A stretch of 64,000 nt of DNA from Candidatus Scatovivens sp. (GTDB lineage: Bacteria > Bacillota > Clostridia > TANB77 > CAG-508), in contig JAZRKN010000005.1 in the NCBI GenBank assembly GCA_045646345.1, positions 13,594 to 77,593 on the forward strand, read 5' to 3'. A program made the translations under genes and the position numbers. Position 1 is the first letter of the stretch, and every line of letters starts with the position of its first letter. The notes under the pieces were generated by a model. The model saw nothing but the letters and a program-made list of their open reading frames with translations, was not told the DNA's origin and did not search any database. This document shows positions 1-9,473 of the stretch, one piece after another.

Positions 1-2
1 AA

Positions 3-275
3 GGAAAAAAAGTTTCTTTTGATAAAGTTGTTTTATTATCTAATGATGGAAAAGTACAAGTAGGAAATCCTTATGTAGCTAATGCCAAAGTAGAAGGAAA
101 AGTTATTTCTCACGGTAGAGGTAAAAAAGTTCTAGTTTTCAAATACAAACCTAAAAAGAATGAAAGAAAAACTAGAGGACACAGACAAGATTACACTAAA
201 GTAGAAATTACTTCAATTAAAGTTAAAGCTGAAAAAGCTGAAAAGACAGAAAAAGCTGAAAAAGCAGCTAAATAA
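3..275 (+). CDS. rplU: 50S ribosomal protein L21, C-terminal part (5' end outside window)
   Basis: Frame 3 reads ...[42 protein letters not shown] followed by a [16 protein letters not shown] tail, with stop TAA at 273-275. It lies directly upstream of rpmA. Confidence 0.8.
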   Translation, partial: GKKVSFDKVVLLSNDGKVQVGNPYVANAKVEGKVISHGRGKKVLVFKYKPKKNERKTRGHRQDYTKVEITSIKVKAEKAEKTEKAEKAAK

Positions 276-336
276 TTATATCGAAATAATTTGATAGATA
301 TAAATGAAATTATAAAGCGAAAGGAGTGAATCTTTC

Positions 337-594
337 ATGGCACACAAAAAAGGTCAAGGTAGTGTTAAGAACGGAAGAGATAGTGAGTCAAAAAGACTTG
401 GTGTTAAAAAATCTGATGGACAAATCGTTAAAGCTGGAAATATCTTAGTAAGACAAAGAGGAACTAATGTACACCCAGGAACAAACGTTGGAATCGGAAG
501 CGATGACACTTTATTTGCTTTAGTAGATGGAACAGTTAAATTTGAAAGAAAAGGTAAAGATAAAAAACAAGTAAGTGTTTATCCAGCAGAGTAA
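337..594 (+). CDS. rpmA: 50S ribosomal protein L27
   Basis: [25 protein letters not shown]... is the canonical L27 N-terminus. An AGGAG RBS lies upstream. Confidence 0.95.
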   Translation: MAHKKGQGSVKNGRDSESKRLGVKKSDGQIVKAGNILVRQRGTNVHPGTNVGIGSDDTLFALVDGTVKFERKGKDKKQVSVYPAE

Positions 595-603
595 ATAAGA
601 TAA

Positions 604-634
604 AAGAAGTGATTGAAAAATCACTTCTTTTTTG
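604..634 (+). terminator. intrinsic terminator after rpmA
   Basis: Stem aagaagtga/tcacttctt followed by a T-run. Confidence 0.7.
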
Positions 635-778
635 TTTTTAGAGAAAAATTGGGTTATACAAGTGAATAAGTATTTATGAAAAAATTGTAAAAAAATAGTT
701 TTTTTTACAAAAGGGTTTGAAAAAAATATGTATATATGATTTAATAGTTATATAATTTTACAAAAGGAGAGAAAGCAT

Positions 779-1903
779 ATGGGAGGTAAATTATCACCTT
801 TAATAATTATTGTTTTAATTGCGGTTTTAATAGGAGTTGGAGCTTTTGCTGTTAAATTATTTAGTGGGGATAGCTCTGGAAATAAACCAGGAGAGCAAAC
901 AGGAGTTGTAGAACAATTGGATGATGCAAAACCTGTAGTAATTTTAGAGAAAAAAGTTAATAATGAAGGAAAAGACGTAAAAGTAGAAATACATGTATTA
1001 GCTACACTTGAATCTGAAACAGATTATGTTGAAGAAATAATTCTTCCAGATGAAAGTAGAGTAACTGGTGATACAGTAATAGTAACAGCTGAAAATAATG
1101 GTATTTATGAATTTACTGCAGTTACAGCAGGTGGAAAGAAAAAAACAGAATCAATTGAAGTAACTGAAATAAATGAAAGATCAGCAACAAATCCTTATGT
1201 ACCAGAAGGGTTTGAAGTAACACATAATGTTGTAGATGAAGGATATACAATAGAAGATAAATATGGTAACGAATATGTTTGGGTTCCAGTACCAAATGGA
1301 AAATTAACAAGAAATACAATGTTAAGTACTGATTATGAAGAATCAGCAAGTACAGCATCAGCATTAGTAAACAGTGTTGCTAAATATTACGGATTTTATA
1401 TAGGAAAATATGAAGCATCTCAATATGAAATCGATGGACAAGTAGCAGCTGCAACTATGGCTGGAAAACAACCTTGGACAAATGTTACTTATTTAAATGC
1501 AGCAGAACATGCAAATAATGCAGATTCATTATTTAGATACACAGATTGTACAACAGCTTTATTAAACAGTTATGCTTGGGATACAGCAGTTGCATGGATT
1601 GATAAATCTATTTTAAATTATTCTTCAAGTATAAACTACGGAAACTATAGCGATACAATATATCCAACAGGATATACAGATACAGATTTTGTAAATAATA
1701 TTTGTGATATAGCTGGAAATGTTAGAGAATGGACAACAGAAATTTATAAATCTGTAGAACCAGAAAATAATGAAGATAACGTTATTCATAGAATTGTACG
1801 TGGAGGAAGTGCTAATTTAAGTAGAACTCCTGCAAGTCATATTTATTATCCAGAAAACACATCAGATAATTATTGGGGATTCAGAGTAATATTATATAAA
1901 TAA
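779..1903 (+). CDS. membrane-anchored FGE-sulfatase (SUMF1)-domain protein
   Basis: N-terminal TM helix. The C-terminal part has WVPVP, NVREWT and RIVRGGSANLSR...YWGFRVILY, which resemble the FGE-sulfatase fold signature. Confidence 0.55.
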   Translation: MGGKLSPLIIIVLIAVLIGVGAFAVKLFSGDSSGNKPGEQTGVVEQLDDAKPVVILEKKVNNEGKDVKVEIHVLATLESETDYVEEIILPDESRVTGDTVIVTAENNGIYEFTAVTAGGKKKTESIEVTEINERSATNPYVPEGFEVTHNVVDEGYTIEDKYGNEYVWVPVPNGKLTRNTMLSTDYEESASTASALVNSVAKYYGFYIGKYEASQYEIDGQVAAATMAGKQPWTNVTYLNAAEHANNADSLFRYTDCTTALLNSYAWDTAVAWIDKSILNYSSSINYGNYSDTIYPTGYTDTDFVNNICDIAGNVREWTTEIYKSVEPENNEDNVIHRIVRGGSANLSRTPASHIYYPENTSDNYWGFRVILYK

Positions 1904-1910
1904 AAAATAA

Positions 1911-1942
1911 AAGAAATCTAGGTTTTCTAGATTTCTTTTTTT
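1911..1942 (+). terminator. intrinsic terminator
   Basis: Stem aagaaatctag/ctagatttctt plus a T-run. Confidence 0.7.
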
Positions 1943-2009
1943 ATATTAAAAACATATAAAAAATGTGTTTTTTTATATGACAAAAAACCAAAATTTTCTT
2001 ACGGGTATA

Positions 2010-2038
2010 TTGAAAAAGGCGAATGAATATTATATAAT
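2010..2038 (+). promoter_or_regulatory. sigma-A type promoter for aspS
   Basis: TTGAAA-17 nt-TATAAT. The leader is only about 35 nt, so there is no room for a T-box. Confidence 0.55.
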
Positions 2039-2075
2039 GTATCCACATATGTGATATAAAGAGGGGAAATGTATT

Positions 2076-3824
2076 ATGGCAAATAAGTATAGAACTCATA
2101 ATTGTGGAGAATTAAGAATTACAGACTGCGGAAAAGAAGTAAGACTTGCAGGATTTGTACAAACAATTAGAAATTTAGGTAAAATGGTTTTCATTGATTT
2201 AAGAGATGAAAACGGAATTACACAAATTGTAGTTTCAGAAAATATAGAATTAAAAGATGTTACAAAAGAATGTACAATTACAGTAACAGGTGAGGTTGTT
2301 GAAAGAGCAAGCAAAAATGATAAAATTCCAACTGGAGAAATTGAAATTGTTGCAAAAGAAATAACAGTACTTGGAAAATGTAGAAATTCATTACCTTTTG
2401 AAATAAATGTAGAAGGTCAAACTGTAAGAGAAGATTTAAGATTAGAATATAGATTTTTAGATTTAAGAAATGAAAAAATTCATAATAATATAAAATTACG
2501 TTCAAAAATATTAAAGAACTTTAGGGATACAATGGATGAACTTGAATTTACAGAGGTTCAAACACCAATTTTAGCAAATTCATCACCAGAAGGAGCAAGA
2601 GACTTTTTAGTACCAAGTAGATTACATCCAGGAGAATTTTATGCGCTTCCACAAGCACCACAACAATTTAAACAATTGTTAATGGTATCTGGATTTAACA
2701 AATATTATCAAATCGCCCCTTGTTTTAGAGACGAAGATCCTAGAGCAGATCGTTCACCAGGAGAATTCTACCAATTAGACTTTGAAATGAGTTTTGCAAC
2801 ACAAGAAGATGTTTTCAAAACAATAGAAACTGTTCTTCCTAAAGTATTTAAAGAAAATACAGATTGGAAAGTTGATGAAGCACCATTTATAAGAATTCCT
2901 TATAAAGAAGCTATGGAAAAATATGGTTCAGACAAACCAGATTTAAGAAACCCATTAACAATTTCTGATTTAACAGATATATTTGAAGGAACAGAATTTA
3001 ACGCATTTAAAGATAAAACAGTAAAAGCTATAGTAACAGAAAATATGGAAGAAAAACCAAGAAAATTCTTTGATGCAATGAGTGAATTTGCAGTTACTGA
3101 ATTAGATGCTAAAGGTCTAGCTTGGGTTAAAGTAGATAGTGAAGGAAATCTAAATGGTGGAATTAGTAAATTTATAGATGACGAAAGAAAGGCAAAGATT
3201 TTTGAAAGAATGAATGTAAAACCTGGTTCTGCAATTTTCTTCGTTGCAGATGAACTTGCAAAAGCTGTAAAAATTGCAGGTGGGGTAAGAATTAAACTAG
3301 GAAATGAACTAGATTTATTAGAAAAAGATGTTTATAGATTCTGCTTTATAGTTGATTTTCCTATGTATGAGTTGTCTGATGAAGGAACAATAGATTTCAA
3401 CCATAACCCATTCTCAATGCCACAAGGTGGATTAGAGGCATTAAATACAAAGGATCCATTAGATATTTATGCATATCAATATGACGCTGTATGTAATGGT
3501 TACGAAATTTTATCTGGTGCTGTAAGAAACCACGATCAAGATATAATGGTTAAAGCATTTGAGATAGCAGGTTATACTGTTGAAGACGTAAAAGGAAAAT
3601 TCGGAGCTTTATTTAATGCATTCAGCTATGGTACACCACCACATGCTGGAGCTGCTGCAGGAATAGATAGAATTATAATGCTTTTATCTAAAGAAGATAG
3701 TATTAGAGAAGTTATTGCATTCCCTAAAAATAAAAAAGCAAGAGATCTTTTAATGAATGCGCCTTCAAAAGTATTTGATAAGCAATTAGAAGAAGTTCAT
3801 ATAAAATTAAATTTAGAAAATTAA
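2076..3824 (+). CDS. aspS: aspartate--tRNA ligase
   Basis: 582 aa. Contains the bacterial class IIb motifs FYALPQAPQQFKQLLM, CFRDEDPRADRSPGEFYQLD and GTPPHAGAAAGIDR. Confidence 0.95.
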   Translation: MANKYRTHNCGELRITDCGKEVRLAGFVQTIRNLGKMVFIDLRDENGITQIVVSENIELKDVTKECTITVTGEVVERASKNDKIPTGEIEIVAKEITVLGKCRNSLPFEINVEGQTVREDLRLEYRFLDLRNEKIHNNIKLRSKILKNFRDTMDELEFTEVQTPILANSSPEGARDFLVPSRLHPGEFYALPQAPQQFKQLLMVSGFNKYYQIAPCFRDEDPRADRSPGEFYQLDFEMSFATQEDVFKTIETVLPKVFKENTDWKVDEAPFIRIPYKEAMEKYGSDKPDLRNPLTISDLTDIFEGTEFNAFKDKTVKAIVTENMEEKPRKFFDAMSEFAVTELDAKGLAWVKVDSEGNLNGGISKFIDDERKAKIFERMNVKPGSAIFFVADELAKAVKIAGGVRIKLGNELDLLEKDVYRFCFIVDFPMYELSDEGTIDFNHNPFSMPQGGLEALNTKDPLDIYAYQYDAVCNGYEILSGAVRNHDQDIMVKAFEIAGYTVEDVKGKFGALFNAFSYGTPPHAGAAAGIDRIIMLLSKEDSIREVIAFPKNKKARDLLMNAPSKVFDKQLEEVHIKLNLEN

Positions 3825-3842
3825 TTATAAAAGAGGTTTTTT

Positions 3843-5234
3843 ATGAGTAAAGTAAGAAAAATATCTATAATTACTATACTTTTATGGTGCTTTTTACTAG
3901 GGGCTTGTTATGCGACTACAGCTACAGTTGATGTGTCTGCAGCAAGACTAAGAGCTGAAGCTAATGCAACTTCTAATGTATTAACTAACATCTATAAAGG
4001 TGAAAAAGTTGAAATATTAGAAAAAGATGGCGAATGGTATAAAGTTAAATATAAAAGTTCTGTAGGATATTTGAAAAACAATTTAATAAAAGAAGATTCA
4101 AATGAACCAGTAAAGGAAAATAAAGAAGAATCAAAAACAGTAGAAAATATTCAAAATATGCCTGTAGATTCTTCTAAAGTAAAAGTTAATGCTGATGTAA
4201 AAGTGAGATTTGTACCAAATCTTACTTCATCTGCAATAATGAATGCTACAGCAGGAAAAGAATTTACCAAACTTGCTGAAGTGGGGAATTGGATTCAAAT
4301 AACTGATGGAGTGGCATCAGGTTGGATTTTGAAAACTAAAATAGTAACAGAAAATCAAACTGTGGATTCTTCGAATTTTGAAAATAATAAAGAAGAAAAT
4401 AAAATAAATGAGAATAAAGTTGTAGAAAATAAAGTAGATAAAACTCAAAACAAAGTAACAAATACGGTTAAAAATACTAATAAGGTCTCAGAAAATAAAG
4501 TAAAAGAAAATAATACAAAACCAAATACAACTTCTACTCCAGTTAATAAAACGGGTGTTGTAAATGTAGAAACAGCCAAAGTAAGATCAAGTGCTGATAA
4601 AACAGCAAAAGTTTTAGGATTTTTAGATTATAATGATAAAATAACTATAACTGCAGAAGAAGGAGAATGGTATAAATTTACAGAAAAAGATATTTCTGGA
4701 TATGTACATAAAACTCTAGTTACTGTTAAAGGTGAAGAAGAAATAAGTTCAAGAAATCTAGAGGAAGAAAGAAATAAAAAAGATGAAACTGTAGCAAATA
4801 AAACTGTAAATGAAAGTAGTAATAATGCTTTGCAAGCAGAAAATATAACAAGTAAAAATGGTCAAAGTGTTGTAGATTATGCAAAACAATATATAGGATA
4901 TCCATATGTTGTTGGAGGGAAAAATCCATCTACAGGATTTGATTGCTCAGGATTTACAAGGTATGTATTTTTAAATTATGGATACAGTTTAGGAGCAACT
5001 GCAGCAAGTCAAAATAACATTGGTAGAGATGTATCAAGAGAAGAACTACAACCAGGTGATTTATTGTTATTCTATGATGAAGGGAAAACAAAGATTGGTC
5101 ATACTGGTATATATATTTCAAATGGGGATTTTGTACATGCAGCAAATCCAAAAAGAGGAGTTGTTACGGATAATTTAAATACAAGCAAATACTACAATGA
5201 ACGTTTTATAACAGCAAAAAGAATTGTTGAATAA
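3843..5234 (+). CDS. secreted NlpC/P60 peptidoglycan endopeptidase with SH3b-like repeats
   Basis: Signal peptide. Three repeats of the form ..V/LR..A...S.VLg.l..g.k..I....geWYK. An N/K-rich linker. C-terminal DCSGFTRYVF...GHTGIY catalytic Cys/His. Confidence 0.85.
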   Translation: MSKVRKISIITILLWCFLLGACYATTATVDVSAARLRAEANATSNVLTNIYKGEKVEILEKDGEWYKVKYKSSVGYLKNNLIKEDSNEPVKENKEESKTVENIQNMPVDSSKVKVNADVKVRFVPNLTSSAIMNATAGKEFTKLAEVGNWIQITDGVASGWILKTKIVTENQTVDSSNFENNKEENKINENKVVENKVDKTQNKVTNTVKNTNKVSENKVKENNTKPNTTSTPVNKTGVVNVETAKVRSSADKTAKVLGFLDYNDKITITAEEGEWYKFTEKDISGYVHKTLVTVKGEEEISSRNLEEERNKKDETVANKTVNESSNNALQAENITSKNGQSVVDYAKQYIGYPYVVGGKNPSTGFDCSGFTRYVFLNYGYSLGATAASQNNIGRDVSREELQPGDLLLFYDEGKTKIGHTGIYISNGDFVHAANPKRGVVTDNLNTSKYYNERFITAKRIVE

Positions 5235-5245
5235 AAGTAAAAAAG

Positions 5246-5277
5246 GAAGCTATATTAAAAAATATAGCTTCTTTTTG
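5246..5277 (+). terminator. intrinsic terminator
   Basis: Stem gaagctatatt/aatatagcttc plus a T-run. Confidence 0.7.
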
Positions 5278-5338
5278 TTTTTATAAAAATATAGAATAAA
5301 TACAGGAAAATTTTGCATACTACATATAGGTGATTAGT

Positions 5339-5887
5339 ATGAAAAGAATTTTAAATTATGGTATATTATTGTTTATTTTTTCAATAGGAACAGGATACTT
5401 TTATTCTAGTTTATGGAAAAATGAGCATATGTCAAAAGAGAATATTATGGCAGAAGATAATAAAGTCCAAGAAACATATGTGTTTGAAGAAAAGGTTGCG
5501 TTTGATGCTGAACTTTCTTTAAAGAAATATTATAATGAATGTGGGCATTGTAAAGTAAATCAAGTAGAGCTTCCGAAAGAATTTATAAATCTAACAGAAA
5601 AAGAAATCGAAGAAATTTATTCAGATTGGAGAGTAGAATCTTTTGATAGTAAAGAAATTATTTTAGGACAAAATATTGATTCTATGTGTGATGAACATTT
5701 TGTTTTGAGGTTAGGGAAAGATAATGTAGAAATTTATAGAATGGAAGAATTTGATGATTTTAGATTATTAAAAACTACAAATATAACAAGAGAGTATCTA
5801 ACTCCAACTGATATATTAAATCTAGAAGAGGGGATATTTATATATGGAAGTGGAAATCTAAATTCTGCTCTAGAAGATTTTGAATAA
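5339..5887 (+). CDS. hypothetical membrane-anchored protein (possibly BofC-like)
   Basis: ATG at 5339 follows an AGGTGA RBS. One N-terminal TM helix. The C-terminal ...VEIYR...GIFIYGSGNLNSALEDFE vaguely resembles the BofC C-domain. The product call is weak. Confidence 0.4.
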   Translation: MKRILNYGILLFIFSIGTGYFYSSLWKNEHMSKENIMAEDNKVQETYVFEEKVAFDAELSLKKYYNECGHCKVNQVELPKEFINLTEKEIEEIYSDWRVESFDSKEIILGQNIDSMCDEHFVLRLGKDNVEIYRMEEFDDFRLLKTTNITREYLTPTDILNLEEGIFIYGSGNLNSALEDFE

Positions 5888-5909
5888 AATAAAAAAGAGG
5901 CTATTTTTT

Positions 5910-5935
5910 GAAGTGAACCATAGATAGTTCACTTC
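5910..5935 (+). terminator. hairpin between convergent genes
   Basis: Stem gaagtgaac/gttcacttc. The T-run is weak on the + side only. Confidence 0.4.
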
Positions 5936-5955
5936 ATTTTATAGCATCTCTTATT

Positions 5956-8283
5956 TTATATACTAAATTTTAATTCTCCATTTTCCATATAACCATGAAT
6001 TGTTTGGCCTGAAATAACATCGCCTCTTAAAAGCATTTCTGCAATTTCGTCTTCAACTAATTTTTGTATTGCTCTTCTTAAAGGTCTAGCACCATACTTT
6101 AAGTCTGTTCCTTTTTTGGCAATATATTCTTTAGCTTCATTGTTTAAGCTTAAGTAAATTTCTTTATTAGCTAATGCTTCTTGGGTTTTGGCAAGAAGTA
6201 AGTCAACGATTTGTAATAGTTCTTGTTCTGTTAAAGAATTGAATACAATAACTTCATCAACTCTATTTAAGAATTCTGGTCTAAATAAATCCTTTAATGC
6301 ACCTAACATTTTATCTTTATTCATGATTGATTGATTTCCAAAACCAATTGAATTGTTATTTAAATTTGAGCCAGCATTTGAAGTCATAATTATTATTGTA
6401 TTTTCAAAATTAACTGTATTTCCTTGTGCGTCTGTTAATTTTCCATCATCTAATACTTGTAATAAGATATTAAATACATCTGGATGGGCTTTTTCAATTT
6501 CATCAAATAGAAGAATTGAGTAAGGTCTTCTTTTAACTTTTTCTGTTAATTGACCAGCATCATCATAACCAACATATCCAGGAGGAGATCCAATCAATTT
6601 TGAAGTAGAATGACTTTCCATAAATTCTGACATATCTACTCTAATTATATTGTCTTCACTACCAAACATTTCGAAAGCTAAAGCTTTTGCAAGTTCTGTT
6701 TTACCAACACCTGTTGGACCAACAAAGATGAAAGAAGGTGGACGTTTTGTACTTTGAAGTCCTGCACGATTTCTTCTTATTGCTTTAGAAACAGCAGTTA
6801 CAGCTTCGTCTTGAGAAATTATATGCTTATGAAGATTTGCTTCTAAGTTTAATAATTTTTGAGTTTCAGCTTCTGTGATTTTTGTAACTGGAATTTTTGT
6901 CCAACGTTCAATAACTTCAGCGATATCTTGAAGAGTAAGAACAGCTGGTTTTAAATCTCTTTCAATTTCTTCCATTCTTTGAATTAAAGTACATTCTTTA
7001 GTTTTTAGATCTGCTGCTTTTTGATATTCTTCGATAGAATCAGAAGAAACAGCTTCTTCTTTTTCTTCAGCAACTTTTTTTAATTCGTTTTTTATTAATT
7101 CAAGTTCAAATAACGCTTTGTTTTTTAGGTTAATTTTTGAACATGCTTCATCGATTAAATCAATAGCTTTGTCTGGAAGGAATCTGTCATGAATATATTT
7201 TTCAGACATTTTAACTGTTCTTTCAATAATATCTGGAGTAACAGTTACTTTATGGAATTCTTCATAATATTTTTTGATTCCTTTTATAATTTCGATTGTG
7301 TCGTCAATTGAAGGTTCTTCAACAATTATTGGTTGAAATCTTCTTTCTAAAGCTGAATCTTTTTCTATATATTTTCTATATTCTTTTAGAGTTGTTGTTC
7401 CTATTAATTGAATTTCACCATTAGATAGAGAAGGCTTTAATATATTTGCAGCGTTCATAGAATGTTCTGCGTCACCCGCACCAATAATGTTATGGATTTC
7501 ATCTATTACTAAGATTATATTTCCATAAGTTTTACATTCATCAACCAATGATTTCATTCTCGCTTCGAATTGTCCTCTAAATTGAGTACCTGCAATAATA
7601 GCTGTCATATCAAGTAAATAAACTTCTTTGTTTAATAGTTTTGCTGGTACTTCTTGGTTAGCGATTTTTATAGCTAAACCTTGAGCAATAGCTGTTTTAC
7701 CAACACCAGGTTCACCAATTAAACAAGGATTATTTTTTGAACGTCTATTTAAAATTTGAATCATTCTTTCAATTTCTTGTTCTCTACCAATTACAATATC
7801 TAATAAACCATTTTTTGCTTTGTCTGTTAAGTTTGTTCCAAAAGTATCTAAGAATTTTTTCTTTTTATTCTTTTCTTTTTTTTGAACTTTTACAGTTTTT
7901 CCAGAAGATGATTCTTGTGATTCTTCTTGAGTAGAATCTTGAGGGTTTGATGCTTTGAAAATACCAAAAATATTTTTAATTGGATTTTCATCTCCATCAA
8001 ATGAATTTTCCATTTTTTCAAGATTTTCTATATCTTCTGAAGTTATACCTAAAGCTTCAAGATTCATGTTTTCTGAAAAATCTTTTAAGATATTTTCAAA
8101 TTGGTTAGACATATCTTCAAGTTCTTCATTAGAGATATTTGCATTTTTTGCTAAAACTTCAAGAGGATTAATTCCTTTTTCTTTGGCACAGTTATAACAA
8201 AGTCCTTCAACTGTTTTTTTACCATTTTCAATTTTATTTAAGAACACAACTGCTGTGTTTTTATTACATACTGAACATATCAT
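5956..8283 (-). CDS. clpE: ATP-dependent Clp ATPase, ClpE-type (N-terminal zinc ribbon)
   Basis: N-terminal CSVCNK...CYNCAK CxxC pairs instead of Clp_N repeats. Two Walker A motifs (GEPGVGKTAIA, GPTGVGKTELAK) and a UVR-like linker. Confidence 0.85.
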   Translation of the reverse strand: MICSVCNKNTAVVFLNKIENGKKTVEGLCYNCAKEKGINPLEVLAKNANISNEELEDMSNQFENILKDFSENMNLEALGITSEDIENLEKMENSFDGDENPIKNIFGIFKASNPQDSTQEESQESSSGKTVKVQKKEKNKKKKFLDTFGTNLTDKAKNGLLDIVIGREQEIERMIQILNRRSKNNPCLIGEPGVGKTAIAQGLAIKIANQEVPAKLLNKEVYLLDMTAIIAGTQFRGQFEARMKSLVDECKTYGNIILVIDEIHNIIGAGDAEHSMNAANILKPSLSNGEIQLIGTTTLKEYRKYIEKDSALERRFQPIIVEEPSIDDTIEIIKGIKKYYEEFHKVTVTPDIIERTVKMSEKYIHDRFLPDKAIDLIDEACSKINLKNKALFELELIKNELKKVAEEKEEAVSSDSIEEYQKAADLKTKECTLIQRMEEIERDLKPAVLTLQDIAEVIERWTKIPVTKITEAETQKLLNLEANLHKHIISQDEAVTAVSKAIRRNRAGLQSTKRPPSFIFVGPTGVGKTELAKALAFEMFGSEDNIIRVDMSEFMESHSTSKLIGSPPGYVGYDDAGQLTEKVKRRPYSILLFDEIEKAHPDVFNILLQVLDDGKLTDAQGNTVNFENTIIIMTSNAGSNLNNNSIGFGNQSIMNKDKMLGALKDLFRPEFLNRVDEVIVFNSLTEQELLQIVDLLLAKTQEALANKEIYLSLNNEAKEYIAKKGTDLKYGARPLRRAIQKLVEDEIAEMLLRGDVISGQTIHGYMENGELKFSI

Positions 8284-8514
8284 TTGTTTTCTCCTTTAGA
8301 ATTAATATATTTAAGTTAAAAATTATATAAATTTTAAATTCTATAGACATAATCATACAATATTTTTTTTATATAGTCAATGGATTTTTAATCTAAAATT
8401 TGCCCAAATAATACAAATTACAGAAGAAAAATTAGCAATGTAGCTTATTGAGTGCTATTGGGAAAAAGTATAAATTTCAAGAGATTTTGAAAAGAATTAA
8501 ATTTGTATAAATAA

Positions 8515-8543
8515 TTGATATTTTTCAACATAAGTGCTATAAT
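8515..8543 (+). promoter_or_regulatory. sigma-A type promoter
   Basis: TTGATA-17 nt-(TGc)TATAAT. It lies inside the ORF-track extension, which argues for the ATG at 8572. Confidence 0.55.
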
Positions 8544-8571
8544 GAAGCTAATTTATGAGAAGGAGATTCAA

Positions 8572-9459
8572 ATGAAAAGAGCGTTAAGAAGATTTGTAAG
8601 TTCATTAACTGGAACTAAAAAATATGTTTTTTTTACAGTACTTGCTTTAATTTGTGTAATGTCTATATGTTTAGGAATCTACACACAGTTTTTTTATAAA
8701 TATTCTGATACGGATCCGTTAATGTTAGGAATAAATATTGGAAGTAAAAAAACAGCAGAAGAGCTTCTTATTTTAAAAGCAGATTTTGATAATTTATTTA
8801 AAAATTCAATTATAATAAATAGTGAAAATGTAAGAGTAGATAGAATAGAAAGTTCTAAGGATTTAGTTTATACAGGTTATAATCTATTAAATGAAGATGA
8901 AAATTTCTATAGTGTAAACGCTCAAATTCCAATTTTAAATATAGATACTGATGAAGCGAAGAAAATAAATGCTGAGATAAAAAAAGAATTTTATGATCTT
9001 GCAAATAGTGTAATGAGAAAAACAGAAGGTAATACAGTATATTCTGTTACATATGCATCATTTGTGAATGAGGATATATTATCTATAGTGGTAAAATCAT
9101 CTTTAAAAGAAGCTGGAAAAGCTGAAAAAGAAATTGTTAAAACATATTGTTATAGTTTACCAGAAAAGAGAATACTTACATTACAAGATGTTCTTAATTA
9201 CACAGACATTTTATCTGCAAAAGGTTTAACATTAGAATCGATGCAAACAACAATAAATGATGAAATTAAAAAAGCATATAATAATGCATTAATATTAGCG
9301 GCTGATTATGGAACTCTGTATGAAAGAGATTTAGCTAGTGATATTTATAAATTAGAAAACACAAGTAATTTCTTTTTAACAGAGGACGGATATTTATATA
9401 TTGTATATGCTTATGGTAATAATGATTATACAAATGAAATGGATTTAATAATTTTCTAA
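8572..9459 (+). CDS. membrane-anchored protein, DUF4163/DUF3298 (RsiV-like) fold suspected
   Basis: AAGGAG RBS before ATG 8572. One TM helix. The patterns IPILNIDTDEAKKINAEIKKEFY and FFLTEDGYLYIVYAYGN are typical of that family. Confidence 0.4.
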   Translation: MKRALRRFVSSLTGTKKYVFFTVLALICVMSICLGIYTQFFYKYSDTDPLMLGINIGSKKTAEELLILKADFDNLFKNSIIINSENVRVDRIESSKDLVYTGYNLLNEDENFYSVNAQIPILNIDTDEAKKINAEIKKEFYDLANSVMRKTEGNTVYSVTYASFVNEDILSIVVKSSLKEAGKAEKEIVKTYCYSLPEKRILTLQDVLNYTDILSAKGLTLESMQTTINDEIKKAYNNALILAADYGTLYERDLASDIYKLENTSNFFLTEDGYLYIVYAYGNNDYTNEMDLIIF

Positions 9460-9473
9460 TAGGAGGAGTTTAG

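Noticed and set aside
686-711. Inverted repeat TTGTAAAAAAA-tag-(t)TTTTTTTACAA upstream of the FGE-domain gene.
   Set aside because: It consists almost entirely of A/T runs. That makes it a low-complexity palindrome of doubtful specificity in a genome this AT-rich.
1904-2075. Expected a T-box leader upstream of aspS.
   Set aside because: The promoter at 2010-2038 leaves only about 35 nt of leader. No specifier or T-box sequence is visible.
8284-8420. Looked for CtsR heptad repeats (A/GGTCAAA-NAN-A/GGTCAAA) upstream of clpE.
   Set aside because: Only a single AGTCAAT is present, next to the putative -35, and there is no tandem heptad.
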